From a virus (taxonomy: Duplodnaviria > Caudoviricetes): 44,188 bases of DNA. Where the stretch lies: positions 1 through 44,188 of the IMG/VR virus record IMGVR_UViG_3300037467_000462. One strand, written 5' to 3'. Positions 25,150 through 34,015 of the stretch are shown piece by piece. A program made the translations under genes and the position numbers. The notes under the pieces are model-generated. The model had not been told where the DNA came from. It was given only the letters and a program-made list of their open reading frames with translations, and did not search any database. Numbering within the stretch: position 1 is the stretch's first letter; every line of letters starts with the position of its first letter.

Positions 25150-26570
25150 TGCCTCCCATCCCCGTCGCTCTCCCAAAATCGACCTTCCCCGGGAATCGAT
25201 TGCAGGAAGGCCGTGGCATTCTCACGAACTGCTATGCGGAGCCGATTGGCGAGGATGGCGAGGCGCGCTGGCGTCGTGTTGCGGGGCTGTCGCAGTTTGG
25301 CACGTCGGATGGGACAGGCTTTCGTGGGGCCATTGCGTTGCCGGGCGCGCTGTACGCGGTGATCGGAACGAAGGTCTATCGCTACACCGTTGCCGGCGGC
25401 GCTGGTGAGGTGCTGACTGGTTCGGTTCCCGGCGACAAGCCGGTGATTATCGCCCGCAACAACGCTGCTGTGCCTGATGTGGTGATCGTCGCTCCGGGCG
25501 AGGGCGTGTTCGTCATTTCAAGTAGCTCCGTCGTGGCTTATCCCGATACTGACGTGGGCCAGCCGAATTCGGTTTGTATCTTCAAGTCGTTCTTCATCTT
25601 CACGTATGGCGACGGGACGATCAGATCCACGAGTCCGAACTCGACTGACATTAACACGCTGGATAATGCGACCGCTGAATACAAGCCGGACACGCTATAT
25701 CGCGCTGTGCCGGCTGGTGGTGTGCTGTTGCTGTTCGGCTCGTCGTCGATTGAGGTGTGGGGCGGCACGGTCAACGATCCGCCGGGCTTCCCGTTCTCGT
25801 TCATGCAGGGCATTGATCGCGGCTTGATCGGCCCTTACGCGATCTCCGGCTACCAGGACGGTTTTGGCGGAGGCATCGTCTTTGTCGGTGACGATAACGG
25901 CGTCTACCTGTTCGCGTCGGGTTCGCCTTCGAAAATCAGCCCGCCCGATCTGGATACCCTGATCGGCAAGGTTGCGGATAAGACCACGTTGGAAGTGATG
26001 ACGTTTGCCAGTGGCGGTCATCTCATCGCCGTGGTGCAGTGCGATGACTGGTCGTGGTGCTTCGATCTGAATACGCAGAAATGGTATCTGCGAAGGAGCT
26101 ATTTGCAGACGCGATGGCGGGCCACGCAAGCTGTGCTGGCGTTTGATAAGTGGATTGTCGGTGATCGCCTGTCAGGCTCCATTGCGGCTATCGACGCGAC
26201 CGCCAAGACGGAATACGGACAGCCGCTTCGCTACACGCTGGAAACGGGGCCGCAGAAGAAATTTCCGGCACGATTCAGGATCAATCGTTTGCATGTCTAT
26301 GCCACGGTTGGCGTCGGCATTGCGACTGGCGCTGATCCGATTGAAGTTGATCCGACCGTAGAGATTGAGGTTTCAGGCGATGGTGGTTTGACGTGGACGA
26401 TCCCGCGCCAATGCCAGCTTGGGCGGCAAGCCATCGGGCGACAGACGGTTGCGGCAAATAATTTCGGCCATGCGACGGGGCAGGGCTTCCGTGTCCGGTT
26501 GTCGGTGAGCGACCCGGTTGATTTCTCCGTGATGGGCGCGGCGGCTGAGGTGAGGGAGTTGGCAGCGTGA
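25149..26570 (+). CDS. gp10-like tail hub / DNA stabilisation protein
   Basis: LFGSSSIEVW; SGDGGLTW; beta-propeller-like; synteny. Confidence 0.85.
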   Translation: MPPIPVALPKSTFPGNRLQEGRGILTNCYAEPIGEDGEARWRRVAGLSQFGTSDGTGFRGAIALPGALYAVIGTKVYRYTVAGGAGEVLTGSVPGDKPVIIARNNAAVPDVVIVAPGEGVFVISSSSVVAYPDTDVGQPNSVCIFKSFFIFTYGDGTIRSTSPNSTDINTLDNATAEYKPDTLYRAVPAGGVLLLFGSSSIEVWGGTVNDPPGFPFSFMQGIDRGLIGPYAISGYQDGFGGGIVFVGDDNGVYLFASGSPSKISPPDLDTLIGKVADKTTLEVMTFASGGHLIAVVQCDDWSWCFDLNTQKWYLRRSYLQTRWRATQAVLAFDKWIVGDRLSGSIAAIDATAKTEYGQPLRYTLETGPQKKFPARFRINRLHVYATVGVGIATGADPIEVDPTVEIEVSGDGGLTWTIPRQCQLGRQAIGRQTVAANNFGHATGQGFRVRLSVSDPVDFSVMGAAAEVRELAA

Positions 26571-27769
26571 GCAAGCCACTTCCGATTCCAACCGCTGGTC
26601 AGCCTTGGGTTGACGCCAGCGGAAAGCCGCTGGTCTATGAGTATCTGTTTTCGCTCGATAAGGCGATCAGAACGAGTGACGCGGCGAACAGCGTTCCTTT
26701 GACTCGTCTCATCAATACCGGCGCAGGGCTTGCCGGCGGCGGCGATCTGTCAGCAGACAGGACGATATCGGTCCAGTTTGGCAATGTTGCCGGGACGGTA
26801 GCAGAGGGGGACGACCCTCGCATTGTCGGAGCAGCCCAAGCGTCAAGTCTTGGTACGGCGGCTTATGCGGCGACGGGGGATTTTGATGCAAGCGGCGCGG
26901 CCTCTGCGGCGATTACGGCGCACGTCGCGGCGTCTGATCCGCATCCGCAGTATTTGACGGCAGCGGAAGGTAACGCGGCTTACCAGCCTCTAGACGCCGA
27001 TCTGACGGCAATCGCTGCGCTCTCGACAACCGCTTACGGCCGGTCACTTCTAACGGCCTCAAGCGCCAGCGCAGCGAGTTCATCGCTTGGAACGGTGCGA
27101 CGGATCAAGCGTACCATTTTTCGCAGCAGCGGAACGTTCACAGCCGATGCAAATGCCATTGCAACACTGATCGAAGCGGTGGGCGGCGGCGGCGGTGGTG
27201 GTGGTGTTTCTGGTACTTCCGGTCAGCTTTATCAAGGCGGCGGCGGCGGCGGCGGATGTTTCATGAGCGGGCTTTTTACCCCGTCGCAAATAGGCGCCTC
27301 GAAAACAATCACTATTGGCGCTAGTGGCGCTGGTGGTGTCGGTGCGGCGAATGGCGGCAACGGTGGAGACAGCCTTGTTGATGCTGCTGGTGCGTTGCTG
27401 CTGGCGGGTGGCGGACTCGGCGGGAAGTATGGATCCAATAGTCAGGTCGGTGTCGGTGGGGCCGGCAGTTCTAACGGTTCAACGGCAAATGGCGCGGCGG
27501 ATTATGGCGTTGTCGGCTCCCCCGGCGGGTCGGGTTTATACAACGCGGTGAATGCAAATATTGCATTTTCAAGCGGTAACGGCGGGTCGTCTCACTTGGG
27601 CGGCGGGGCCCAGGGCGTGGCCGGCGCGGGCGGTATAGCCGGTAACAACGCCTCCGGCTTTGGTGGGGGCGGTTCCGGCGCATCAAGCAATGGATCAGGA
27701 ACGCTCACAGCGAATGGCGGCGACGGCAAAACAGGCCTCGTCATTGTTACTGAGTACTGCACTTCATAG
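26567..27769 (+). CDS. Tail needle/fibre-like protein with glycine-rich C-terminal domain
   Basis: TGAGLAGGGDLSADRTI; DPHPQYL; GGGGGGG repeats; ends GLVIVTEY. Confidence 0.7.
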   Translation: MSKPLPIPTAGQPWVDASGKPLVYEYLFSLDKAIRTSDAANSVPLTRLINTGAGLAGGGDLSADRTISVQFGNVAGTVAEGDDPRIVGAAQASSLGTAAYAATGDFDASGAASAAITAHVAASDPHPQYLTAAEGNAAYQPLDADLTAIAALSTTAYGRSLLTASSASAASSSLGTVRRIKRTIFRSSGTFTADANAIATLIEAVGGGGGGGGVSGTSGQLYQGGGGGGGCFMSGLFTPSQIGASKTITIGASGAGGVGAANGGNGGDSLVDAAGALLLAGGGLGGKYGSNSQVGVGGAGSSNGSTANGAADYGVVGSPGGSGLYNAVNANIAFSSGNGGSSHLGGGAQGVAGAGGIAGNNASGFGGGGSGASSNGSGTLTANGGDGKTGLVIVTEYCTS

Positions 27770-27777
27770 GAGGCCGC

Positions 27778-28446
27778 ATGGGCCTGTTCGACATTTTTAC
27801 GGGTGACGCTGCGAAGAAGGCGGCGGCAGAAAACCGGGACAACCTCAGTTCTCTGCTCACCAAGGGCACGGACATCTATGGCCAGGGCTACAACACCGCG
27901 AGCGGCGCGCTCAACAATGCGCTGAGTGGCTATCAGCCGTTGTCCGATCTTGCTGGCCAATACGGCGCTGGCACGACGATGTATCTCAACGCTCTTGGCC
28001 TCAATGGTCAGGCGGGGAATGATGCGGCGACGGCGGCATTTCAGACCAGCCCCGGTTATCAATTCAATCTCGATCAGGGGTTGGAAGCGATCAACCGACG
28101 CCGCGCTGCGGGCGGAATGCTGAACAGCGGCAACGCCGACGCAGACGCTATCAAGTATGGTAGCGGGTTGGCGAGCGGTGAATACAACAACTGGCTGAAC
28201 AATCTGTCTGGCCTGAACAGCAACGCCCTTGCCGCGACGAATGCTGCCGCAGCCGGGAAGGCGGGCATCTATGGTTCGCTCGCCAATCTCGGTCAGCAGA
28301 ATGCTGGTAACTTGGTTGGCCTGAATACGACCGTCACGAACGGCATCAACAACCAGAACACGCAGCAGGCCAATGCCGAAACGGCGGCTTCCGGCAACAT
28401 CTTCAATTTCGGTATGAACCTCGCCAAACTCGGCGCGGGGCTCTGA
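27778..28446 (+). CDS. DNA ejection protein (gp7-like)
   Basis: FQTSPGYQFNLDQGLEAINRRRAAGGMLNSG. Confidence 0.8.
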   Translation: MGLFDIFTGDAAKKAAAENRDNLSSLLTKGTDIYGQGYNTASGALNNALSGYQPLSDLAGQYGAGTTMYLNALGLNGQAGNDAATAAFQTSPGYQFNLDQGLEAINRRRAAGGMLNSGNADADAIKYGSGLASGEYNNWLNNLSGLNSNALAATNAAAAGKAGIYGSLANLGQQNAGNLVGLNTTVTNGINNQNTQQANAETAASGNIFNFGMNLAKLGAGL

Positions 28447-28455
28447 GGTCGCGCC

Positions 28456-30003
28456 ATGGCTGAACTCACCGTTCCGATGCTCAACTTTTCGACGTTGGGC
28501 GATCTCGGGAATGTGTATCGTGAGGCGCAGAATCGCCGCACGTTGGCCGATCTCGGCAAGGGGCTTGCTGATGGATCGATCGATTACAAGCAGGCGGCGG
28601 GGCGTCTGGCATCGACCGGGAATATCAATGGCGTCGTTTCGCTGTTGCAGCTAGGCCAGAAACAGCAAGAGAACGCGGCGGCGTCTGCGGCAATTCAGGC
28701 AGCGTTCGGTGGCGGCATTTCGCCGTCGTCATCGGTGGCAACTCCATCCGGCCCGACTGTCCCGAATGACAGCAACGCCATGCCCGGCACAGTCGGCATG
28801 AATCAGCGTCTTGCCGATCTCTCGCAAGACTTTATGCAAGACAACCCGAACACATATCTTTCCAGCGGCGTGCGCTCGACTGCGGATCAGGCACGGCTTT
28901 ATGCTGACCGCGCCAACAATCCGAACCCGGTTGCAGCGCCTGGCACGTCACGTCATGAGCGCGGGCTCGCGGTCGATATCGGCGGCATGACGCCGGATCA
29001 GCGCGCGATGCTGCCGCAGTACGGCCTTGCGCAGCCTGTCGCGAACGACCCGCCGCATGTGGAGTTGGCGCAAGCGGCATCGGCGCCCGCGATTGGGCAG
29101 ATCGACCAGAACGGCCCGACGCGCGAACAGATCGCGGCGCTCGCTGCCAACCCGGCCACTCGCCCGCTCGCCATTGATCTGCTCAAGGCAAAGATGACGG
29201 GCCAGAAATTCAAGCAGGAAACCGACGCGGACGGCAATATCTGGAACGTCAATCTGACGAATGGACAGAAGACGATTGCGCTTAAGGGTAGTGAGGACAA
29301 AGGGCCGAAGGTCGTCGAACTGTACGACGAAACGACAGGACAACCCTACAAGGCGACGTACAACAGCCAGACGAAGCAATATGATCGCGTCGGCGGCGTG
29401 AAAGCGCCGTCAGGAATGCAGATCACAACGAACCCGGATGGCACGGTTTCTGTCACGCAAGGCCCGGTAGGTCATGGCAAGCTGACCGAAGGCCAAGCCA
29501 AGGATATGGTATTTGTCACCCGCGCGACCGGCGCGCTGCCTATCGTTGACAAGCTGGGCGACAAACTCGCGAGCCTGCCTCAGTACGCAGCATCGCACAT
29601 GCCAGGCGTTGGAAACTACTTCAAGACCGCCGATTATCAGCGAGCAGAGCAGGCCGGCAAAGAATTTTTGCAGGCGATCCTTCGCAAGGATACCGGCGCG
29701 GCGATCACCAAGGAAGAAACGGCGGAATACGGCACCGTTTATCTGCCGCAGCCGGGCGATAGCACGGCCGTTCTGGCACAAAAGAAGGCCTCGCGGAATC
29801 GTGCGGTTCAAGCGATCCAGCTTGGTTTGCCGCCGCAATCGATCCTTGCGCTCGAGAAAGCCAACGTGAAGTTGGTCGGTCCGACAGGACAGCAAGGCGG
29901 TTCGGCGCCTCCGGCCATGCCGAAGGTGGGCGAACTTCGCGACGGATACCGCTTTAAGGGTGGCAACCCCGCTGATCAAGCGAGTTGGGTGGCGGTGCAA
30001 TAA
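28456..30003 (+). CDS. DNA ejection protein (gp20 position) with M15 metallopeptidase domain
   Basis: SSGVRSTADQARLY...APGTSRHERGLAVDI...DPPHVE. Confidence 0.8.
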   Translation: MAELTVPMLNFSTLGDLGNVYREAQNRRTLADLGKGLADGSIDYKQAAGRLASTGNINGVVSLLQLGQKQQENAAASAAIQAAFGGGISPSSSVATPSGPTVPNDSNAMPGTVGMNQRLADLSQDFMQDNPNTYLSSGVRSTADQARLYADRANNPNPVAAPGTSRHERGLAVDIGGMTPDQRAMLPQYGLAQPVANDPPHVELAQAASAPAIGQIDQNGPTREQIAALAANPATRPLAIDLLKAKMTGQKFKQETDADGNIWNVNLTNGQKTIALKGSEDKGPKVVELYDETTGQPYKATYNSQTKQYDRVGGVKAPSGMQITTNPDGTVSVTQGPVGHGKLTEGQAKDMVFVTRATGALPIVDKLGDKLASLPQYAASHMPGVGNYFKTADYQRAEQAGKEFLQAILRKDTGAAITKEETAEYGTVYLPQPGDSTAVLAQKKASRNRAVQAIQLGLPPQSILALEKANVKLVGPTGQQGGSAPPAMPKVGELRDGYRFKGGNPADQASWVAVQ

Positions 30004-32600
30004 TGGCTGGACCTTGGGAGGCCTTCGCACAGCCCAAAGCAGCTGCGGGACCGTGGGAGGCGTTCGCTGCGCCGTCTGATCCGCCGCCCGTGCAACGGGC
30101 GCCGATCCCGCAAGGCGCAACGCATATCACGGTCGGTGCAGCACCGAAGGGCAATGAGCCGCCAGCGCCGCGCGACAACTTCGCGCAAATCTTGACGGAC
30201 TTTCAGAACCAGGGCGCAGCCGCCGGCCAGCGCACGACGCCGAATATTGCAGCGCAGTCGAAAAACCTGATTTCGTCTGACGTGCAAGAAGGCGACGACG
30301 GCAACGCCTATTTCGTCGATCCGGCAACGGGAAAACTGCAACTTACTGACAGCAACAAACAGGTGATCTTGCGCGACCCGGCAGACGGTCGGCTCAAGGT
30401 CTATGCTCGCACTGACGACACAAACGAGGGCATGTTGTCTGCGGCCGGCCGGTTGCTGGGGACAGGGCTGGCGACCGGATCGCCGGTCACGCGCGCGTTT
30501 GGTCCGGCTGTTGCCGCCGCAGAAAGCGCGCCGGGACAGGCTGTAGTGGAGGCTGGGCAACGTCTTGGCGTTGGTGTTCCTCGCGCCATTGCCAGCGATA
30601 GCACGGCGGTCCAGCGGGTCGGACAGGGGCTTCGCAACGTGCCAATCGCAGGCGATGCGATCCCGCGCGCAACGCAGCAACTTTCCGACGATCTCGGCGG
30701 CGCGGTTCAGCGCGTGGCTGGCGAGTTCGGGCAGGGCAGCGGGCCTAACGTCGCTCACCGGATCGGCAACACCTTGGGCGATGCAGCACAGCAGGAAACG
30801 CGTGCTGCCACGGACGCGGCCCGCCGCACCGATGACGCGCTCCTAGCAGCTCACGAACGCGCGCAAACCACTGGCGCTCAGGCGTTCGATGCCGCTGATG
30901 CCCAAGCCCTACAGCGGGCCAGTGGCGCGGTTGGCGATATGTCGCCGCAGGACATGGGGCAGGCGATTACGGCGCGCCTGCGGGCCGGAGAACAGGCGGC
31001 AAGAGCCAATAAGGAGCGTCTGTACGATGTGGCCGGACGAAGCGATGGCGCAATCAGCGCGGATGCTGTTGGTGGCGTCCGCGCGCGGGTTGCTCAGGCG
31101 CTCGAAAATGATGGGCGTGTAATCGACGGCATTCTAACGCCGGCATCGGCTCGAATGCTGGACGAACTGCAACGGTTCTCCGGCATGAACATTGAAAACC
31201 GAGCAGTTGGAGCGCGGGTGCCCTCGGCGGCCGGCGAACCCGCTGAACGTGTTGCCGTGTCGATGCAGGGCGTTGAGCAAGTGCGAAAGCGCCTCAATGG
31301 AATTTCTCGTGCTGCCACCAATGATGCAGATCGATCTGCCGCGCGGTCTATTATTCGCGAGTTCGATAACTGGCTGAACGATTCCTTTGACAACGCACTG
31401 TTTTCAGGCAGCGAAGAAGCTCTAAACGCATTTCGCGCCGCGCGTGCCGCCAATACCGAATGGCGAGCGCGATTTGGCTTCAATGCCCGCGACGATGCAG
31501 ACCGGGTTATCAACCGGATCGCGACCGGCGACGTGACGCCGCAAGAGGTCTCAAATTGGTTGATCGGCGCCAGCAAGGTCGGCAGCAAGGGCGTATCGTC
31601 GCGACTGCTTACCCGCATTGCAGAGGCGACCGGCAATGACCCTGAAGCCATGCAGGCCATTCGCGGCGGCATCTGGAATAGGCTCTCGCAATCAACGGGC
31701 GGTGTTGACGCCAAGGCCGGCGCGAAGGTCGCGAACGACATTAACGAATTTCTGAACGGGTCTGGCCGGGACGTTGCAAATCGGCTGTTCGCGCCTGAGC
31801 AGCGCGGCATCATGTCGGCCTACGCTGACACGATCCGCCGCACGCAAGCCGGGCGCGAGCATCTGGCGGAAGTTGGACGGCTTACTCGACCGGGTGCGAC
31901 TGATGCCGGGATCGGTCCGATGCAGGAACTGGCGAATACAGTTCTCGGTCGCAATGGTCGAACCGATGAAGCGCTATTTTCGGCCATCAATGCCTATGCG
32001 AAGTCTGGCAGCAAGGGCGACGTGCAGACCTTGGCGCGGTTGCTTCGAGCCATCCCGCAGCAGGATCGAGGCGACCTCGCCGGTGCGATCATCCGTCAGG
32101 TCGGAATATCACCGCGAACCGGGCAATTCTCGCCCGATGTGTTCGCCTCTCAATGGCAAACCTACACGCCGCAGGCCAAGGCGCTGTTGTTTGGGAATGC
32201 CGGCGCGCATCGTCAGGCGCTCGACGACATCATGACGATATCGCAGCGCATGAAGCAGGTCGGCAGCCGGTTTGGGAATCCTTCCGGGACAGCGCAGAAT
32301 ACCAACATATTCGCGATGGGGGCGGGCCTCGCTGCTGCTCCGCTCTCAACTCTCGGCGCAGTGCTCGGCGGCGGAACGGTCGCCAGAATCCTTGCATCCC
32401 CAGCCGGGGCAGCGAGTGCGGCTAAATGGACGCGGGCTTATTCGGCGCTTCGTATGGCCCCATCCGCACAACGGCTCGCAGCGTTTGAATTGGCATCACG
32501 CAATCTCGCCAATACGGCCGGCGTGAATGTCTCCACCACTGATTTTCTGAAAGCGCTGCAAGGTCCCGTACAGGGCCGCGCTCAAGATGAACAGCCATAG
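30003..32600 (+). CDS. Large DNA ejection protein (gp16 position)
   Basis: Ala-rich helical 865-aa ORF; NPSGTA near C-terminus; synteny. Confidence 0.75.
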   Translation: MAGPWEAFAQPKAAAGPWEAFAAPSDPPPVQRAPIPQGATHITVGAAPKGNEPPAPRDNFAQILTDFQNQGAAAGQRTTPNIAAQSKNLISSDVQEGDDGNAYFVDPATGKLQLTDSNKQVILRDPADGRLKVYARTDDTNEGMLSAAGRLLGTGLATGSPVTRAFGPAVAAAESAPGQAVVEAGQRLGVGVPRAIASDSTAVQRVGQGLRNVPIAGDAIPRATQQLSDDLGGAVQRVAGEFGQGSGPNVAHRIGNTLGDAAQQETRAATDAARRTDDALLAAHERAQTTGAQAFDAADAQALQRASGAVGDMSPQDMGQAITARLRAGEQAARANKERLYDVAGRSDGAISADAVGGVRARVAQALENDGRVIDGILTPASARMLDELQRFSGMNIENRAVGARVPSAAGEPAERVAVSMQGVEQVRKRLNGISRAATNDADRSAARSIIREFDNWLNDSFDNALFSGSEEALNAFRAARAANTEWRARFGFNARDDADRVINRIATGDVTPQEVSNWLIGASKVGSKGVSSRLLTRIAEATGNDPEAMQAIRGGIWNRLSQSTGGVDAKAGAKVANDINEFLNGSGRDVANRLFAPEQRGIMSAYADTIRRTQAGREHLAEVGRLTRPGATDAGIGPMQELANTVLGRNGRTDEALFSAINAYAKSGSKGDVQTLARLLRAIPQQDRGDLAGAIIRQVGISPRTGQFSPDVFASQWQTYTPQAKALLFGNAGAHRQALDDIMTISQRMKQVGSRFGNPSGTAQNTNIFAMGAGLAAAPLSTLGAVLGGGTVARILASPAGAASAAKWTRAYSALRMAPSAQRLAAFELASRNLANTAGVNVSTTDFLKALQGPVQGRAQDEQP

Positions 32601-32653
32601 CCCGTAAGGGTAATCGACCAGCAGCCAACAGACCACCAGCCACGCAATCACAG

Positions 32654-32676
32654 CCGCCCTTCCGGGGCGGTTTTTT
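32654..32676 (+). terminator. Intrinsic terminator
   Basis: CCGCCC-TTCCG-GGGCGG followed by TTTTTT. Confidence 0.8.
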
Positions 32677-32688
32677 ATTGGGGCATCC

Positions 32689-33663
32689 ATGAGCGGCATT
32701 TTACCCGGCATCGCCTTCGTAAACAACTTCGACAACAACGGCGAACTGATGCGCGGCGCACTTCTGCGTATCTATGCGGCTGGCACGAACACGCCTGTCA
32801 CGGCTTACAAGGACAGCGCCCTGACGGCTGGGCAGGAACAGCCATGGCCGATCCCGGCTGACAGTGCCGCGAGACTGCCGATTTTCTATCTGGCGGACGG
32901 CGCTTACCGGGTTCGTCTGTCCACAGATGACGGCGGATACATCGCCTATGACGTGCCGTACATCGAGGCTGTTGGCCCTTCGTCCGGTGGCGGTGGAGGC
33001 GGTGGAGGCGGCGTAGCCCCGGAAGTCCTGTTCCGTACAGGTTACCTCCTGCCGATGCTGGGCTCTGGCATCCTGACCGGCTTTGTCCGCCTCAATGGCC
33101 GCACCATCGGCAGCGCCGTGTCTGGTGCGACCGAGCGCGCCAACGCTGACGTGCAGGGCCTGTTCGAATATCTATGGGGCGAATTCGATAACACGGTCTG
33201 CCCGGTGCTGGGCGGGCGTGGCTCATCGTCAACCGCTGATTTTACGGCCGGCAAGCAGCTTACGCTGATCGACGGCAGGGGCCGGACCTTCTTCGGCGCC
33301 GATGGCATGGGCGCGTCTCGCGCCAATCGCCTGACGAACAAGACATTCGCGACCGCTGACACAATCGGCACCTATGGCGGCACGGAAGCCCATGCGCTGA
33401 TCCGGGCGGAACTCCCCAACTTCCAACCGACATTTACCGGCACGCCGATGACGGCGACTGGCGGTCTCCCGAATGTCGCTATCGGCAACGTCGATACTAC
33501 GACGGGCGGCGGCGGGTTCGAGATCAAGACCGTTACGGGCAGGGGTCAATCTTTCACGACGGACCCTTTCACGCCAGCGGGCGCCATCGACGCGCTTGGC
33601 GACGGTACGTCGTTTGGGACTGCTTCGCCGGGCTTCATCGGCACCTGGTACGTGAAGCTCTGA
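32689..33663 (+). CDS. Tail protein: virion-attachment N-terminus plus collar-like domain
   Basis: LRIYAAGTNTPVTAY; GFVRLNGRTIG...DGRGRTFFG...GGTEAHAL. Confidence 0.75.
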   Translation: MSGILPGIAFVNNFDNNGELMRGALLRIYAAGTNTPVTAYKDSALTAGQEQPWPIPADSAARLPIFYLADGAYRVRLSTDDGGYIAYDVPYIEAVGPSSGGGGGGGGGVAPEVLFRTGYLLPMLGSGILTGFVRLNGRTIGSAVSGATERANADVQGLFEYLWGEFDNTVCPVLGGRGSSSTADFTAGKQLTLIDGRGRTFFGADGMGASRANRLTNKTFATADTIGTYGGTEAHALIRAELPNFQPTFTGTPMTATGGLPNVAIGNVDTTTGGGGFEIKTVTGRGQSFTTDPFTPAGAIDALGDGTSFGTASPGFIGTWYVKL

Positions 33664-33673
33664 GGTGGGTGGC

Positions 33674-34015
33674 ATGTACACAGACACGCTGCCTCCCGTT
33701 TCGAATCGCGCGACCTTCGAAGAAGCCGTTCAGTGCTTCGACGACGAGCAAAACGCCCCGCTCGATATCAGCGAGGCAACGGAAATTCTCGTTGAGATTG
33801 CCGATTGTGGCCGCGCCGTTCTGAGCGCGCGTTTGTCTGCCGGGCAAGTGTTCATAGCCGAAACAGTCGGCGTGTTCTCGTTCGTGTTTAGCGCGGAGCA
33901 GATGGGCTACCTGTGCGCGAAAACCTACGATTTCAACGTGCTCGTTACAGCCGGCGGTGAGACGACACAGGCCATGGCCGCCCAACTCCCTGTCATTAAT
34001 GGATACGATCGATGA
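33674..34015 (+). CDS. Small tail-associated beta protein
   Basis: PLDISEATEIL...YDFNV; between tail genes. Confidence 0.6.
   Translation: MYTDTLPPVSNRATFEEAVQCFDDEQNAPLDISEATEILVEIADCGRAVLSARLSAGQVFIAETVGVFSFVFSAEQMGYLCAKTYDFNVLVTAGGETTQAMAAQLPVINGYDR

Noticed and set aside
27180-27260. (GGC/GGT)n microsatellite as a phase-variation tract
   Set aside because: Triplet repeats encoding poly-Gly typical of this tail domain.
30006-30070. Duplicated AGPWEAFA at the ejection protein N-terminus
   Set aside because: Short W/F-containing repeats are common at these N-termini; not evidence of a separate element.
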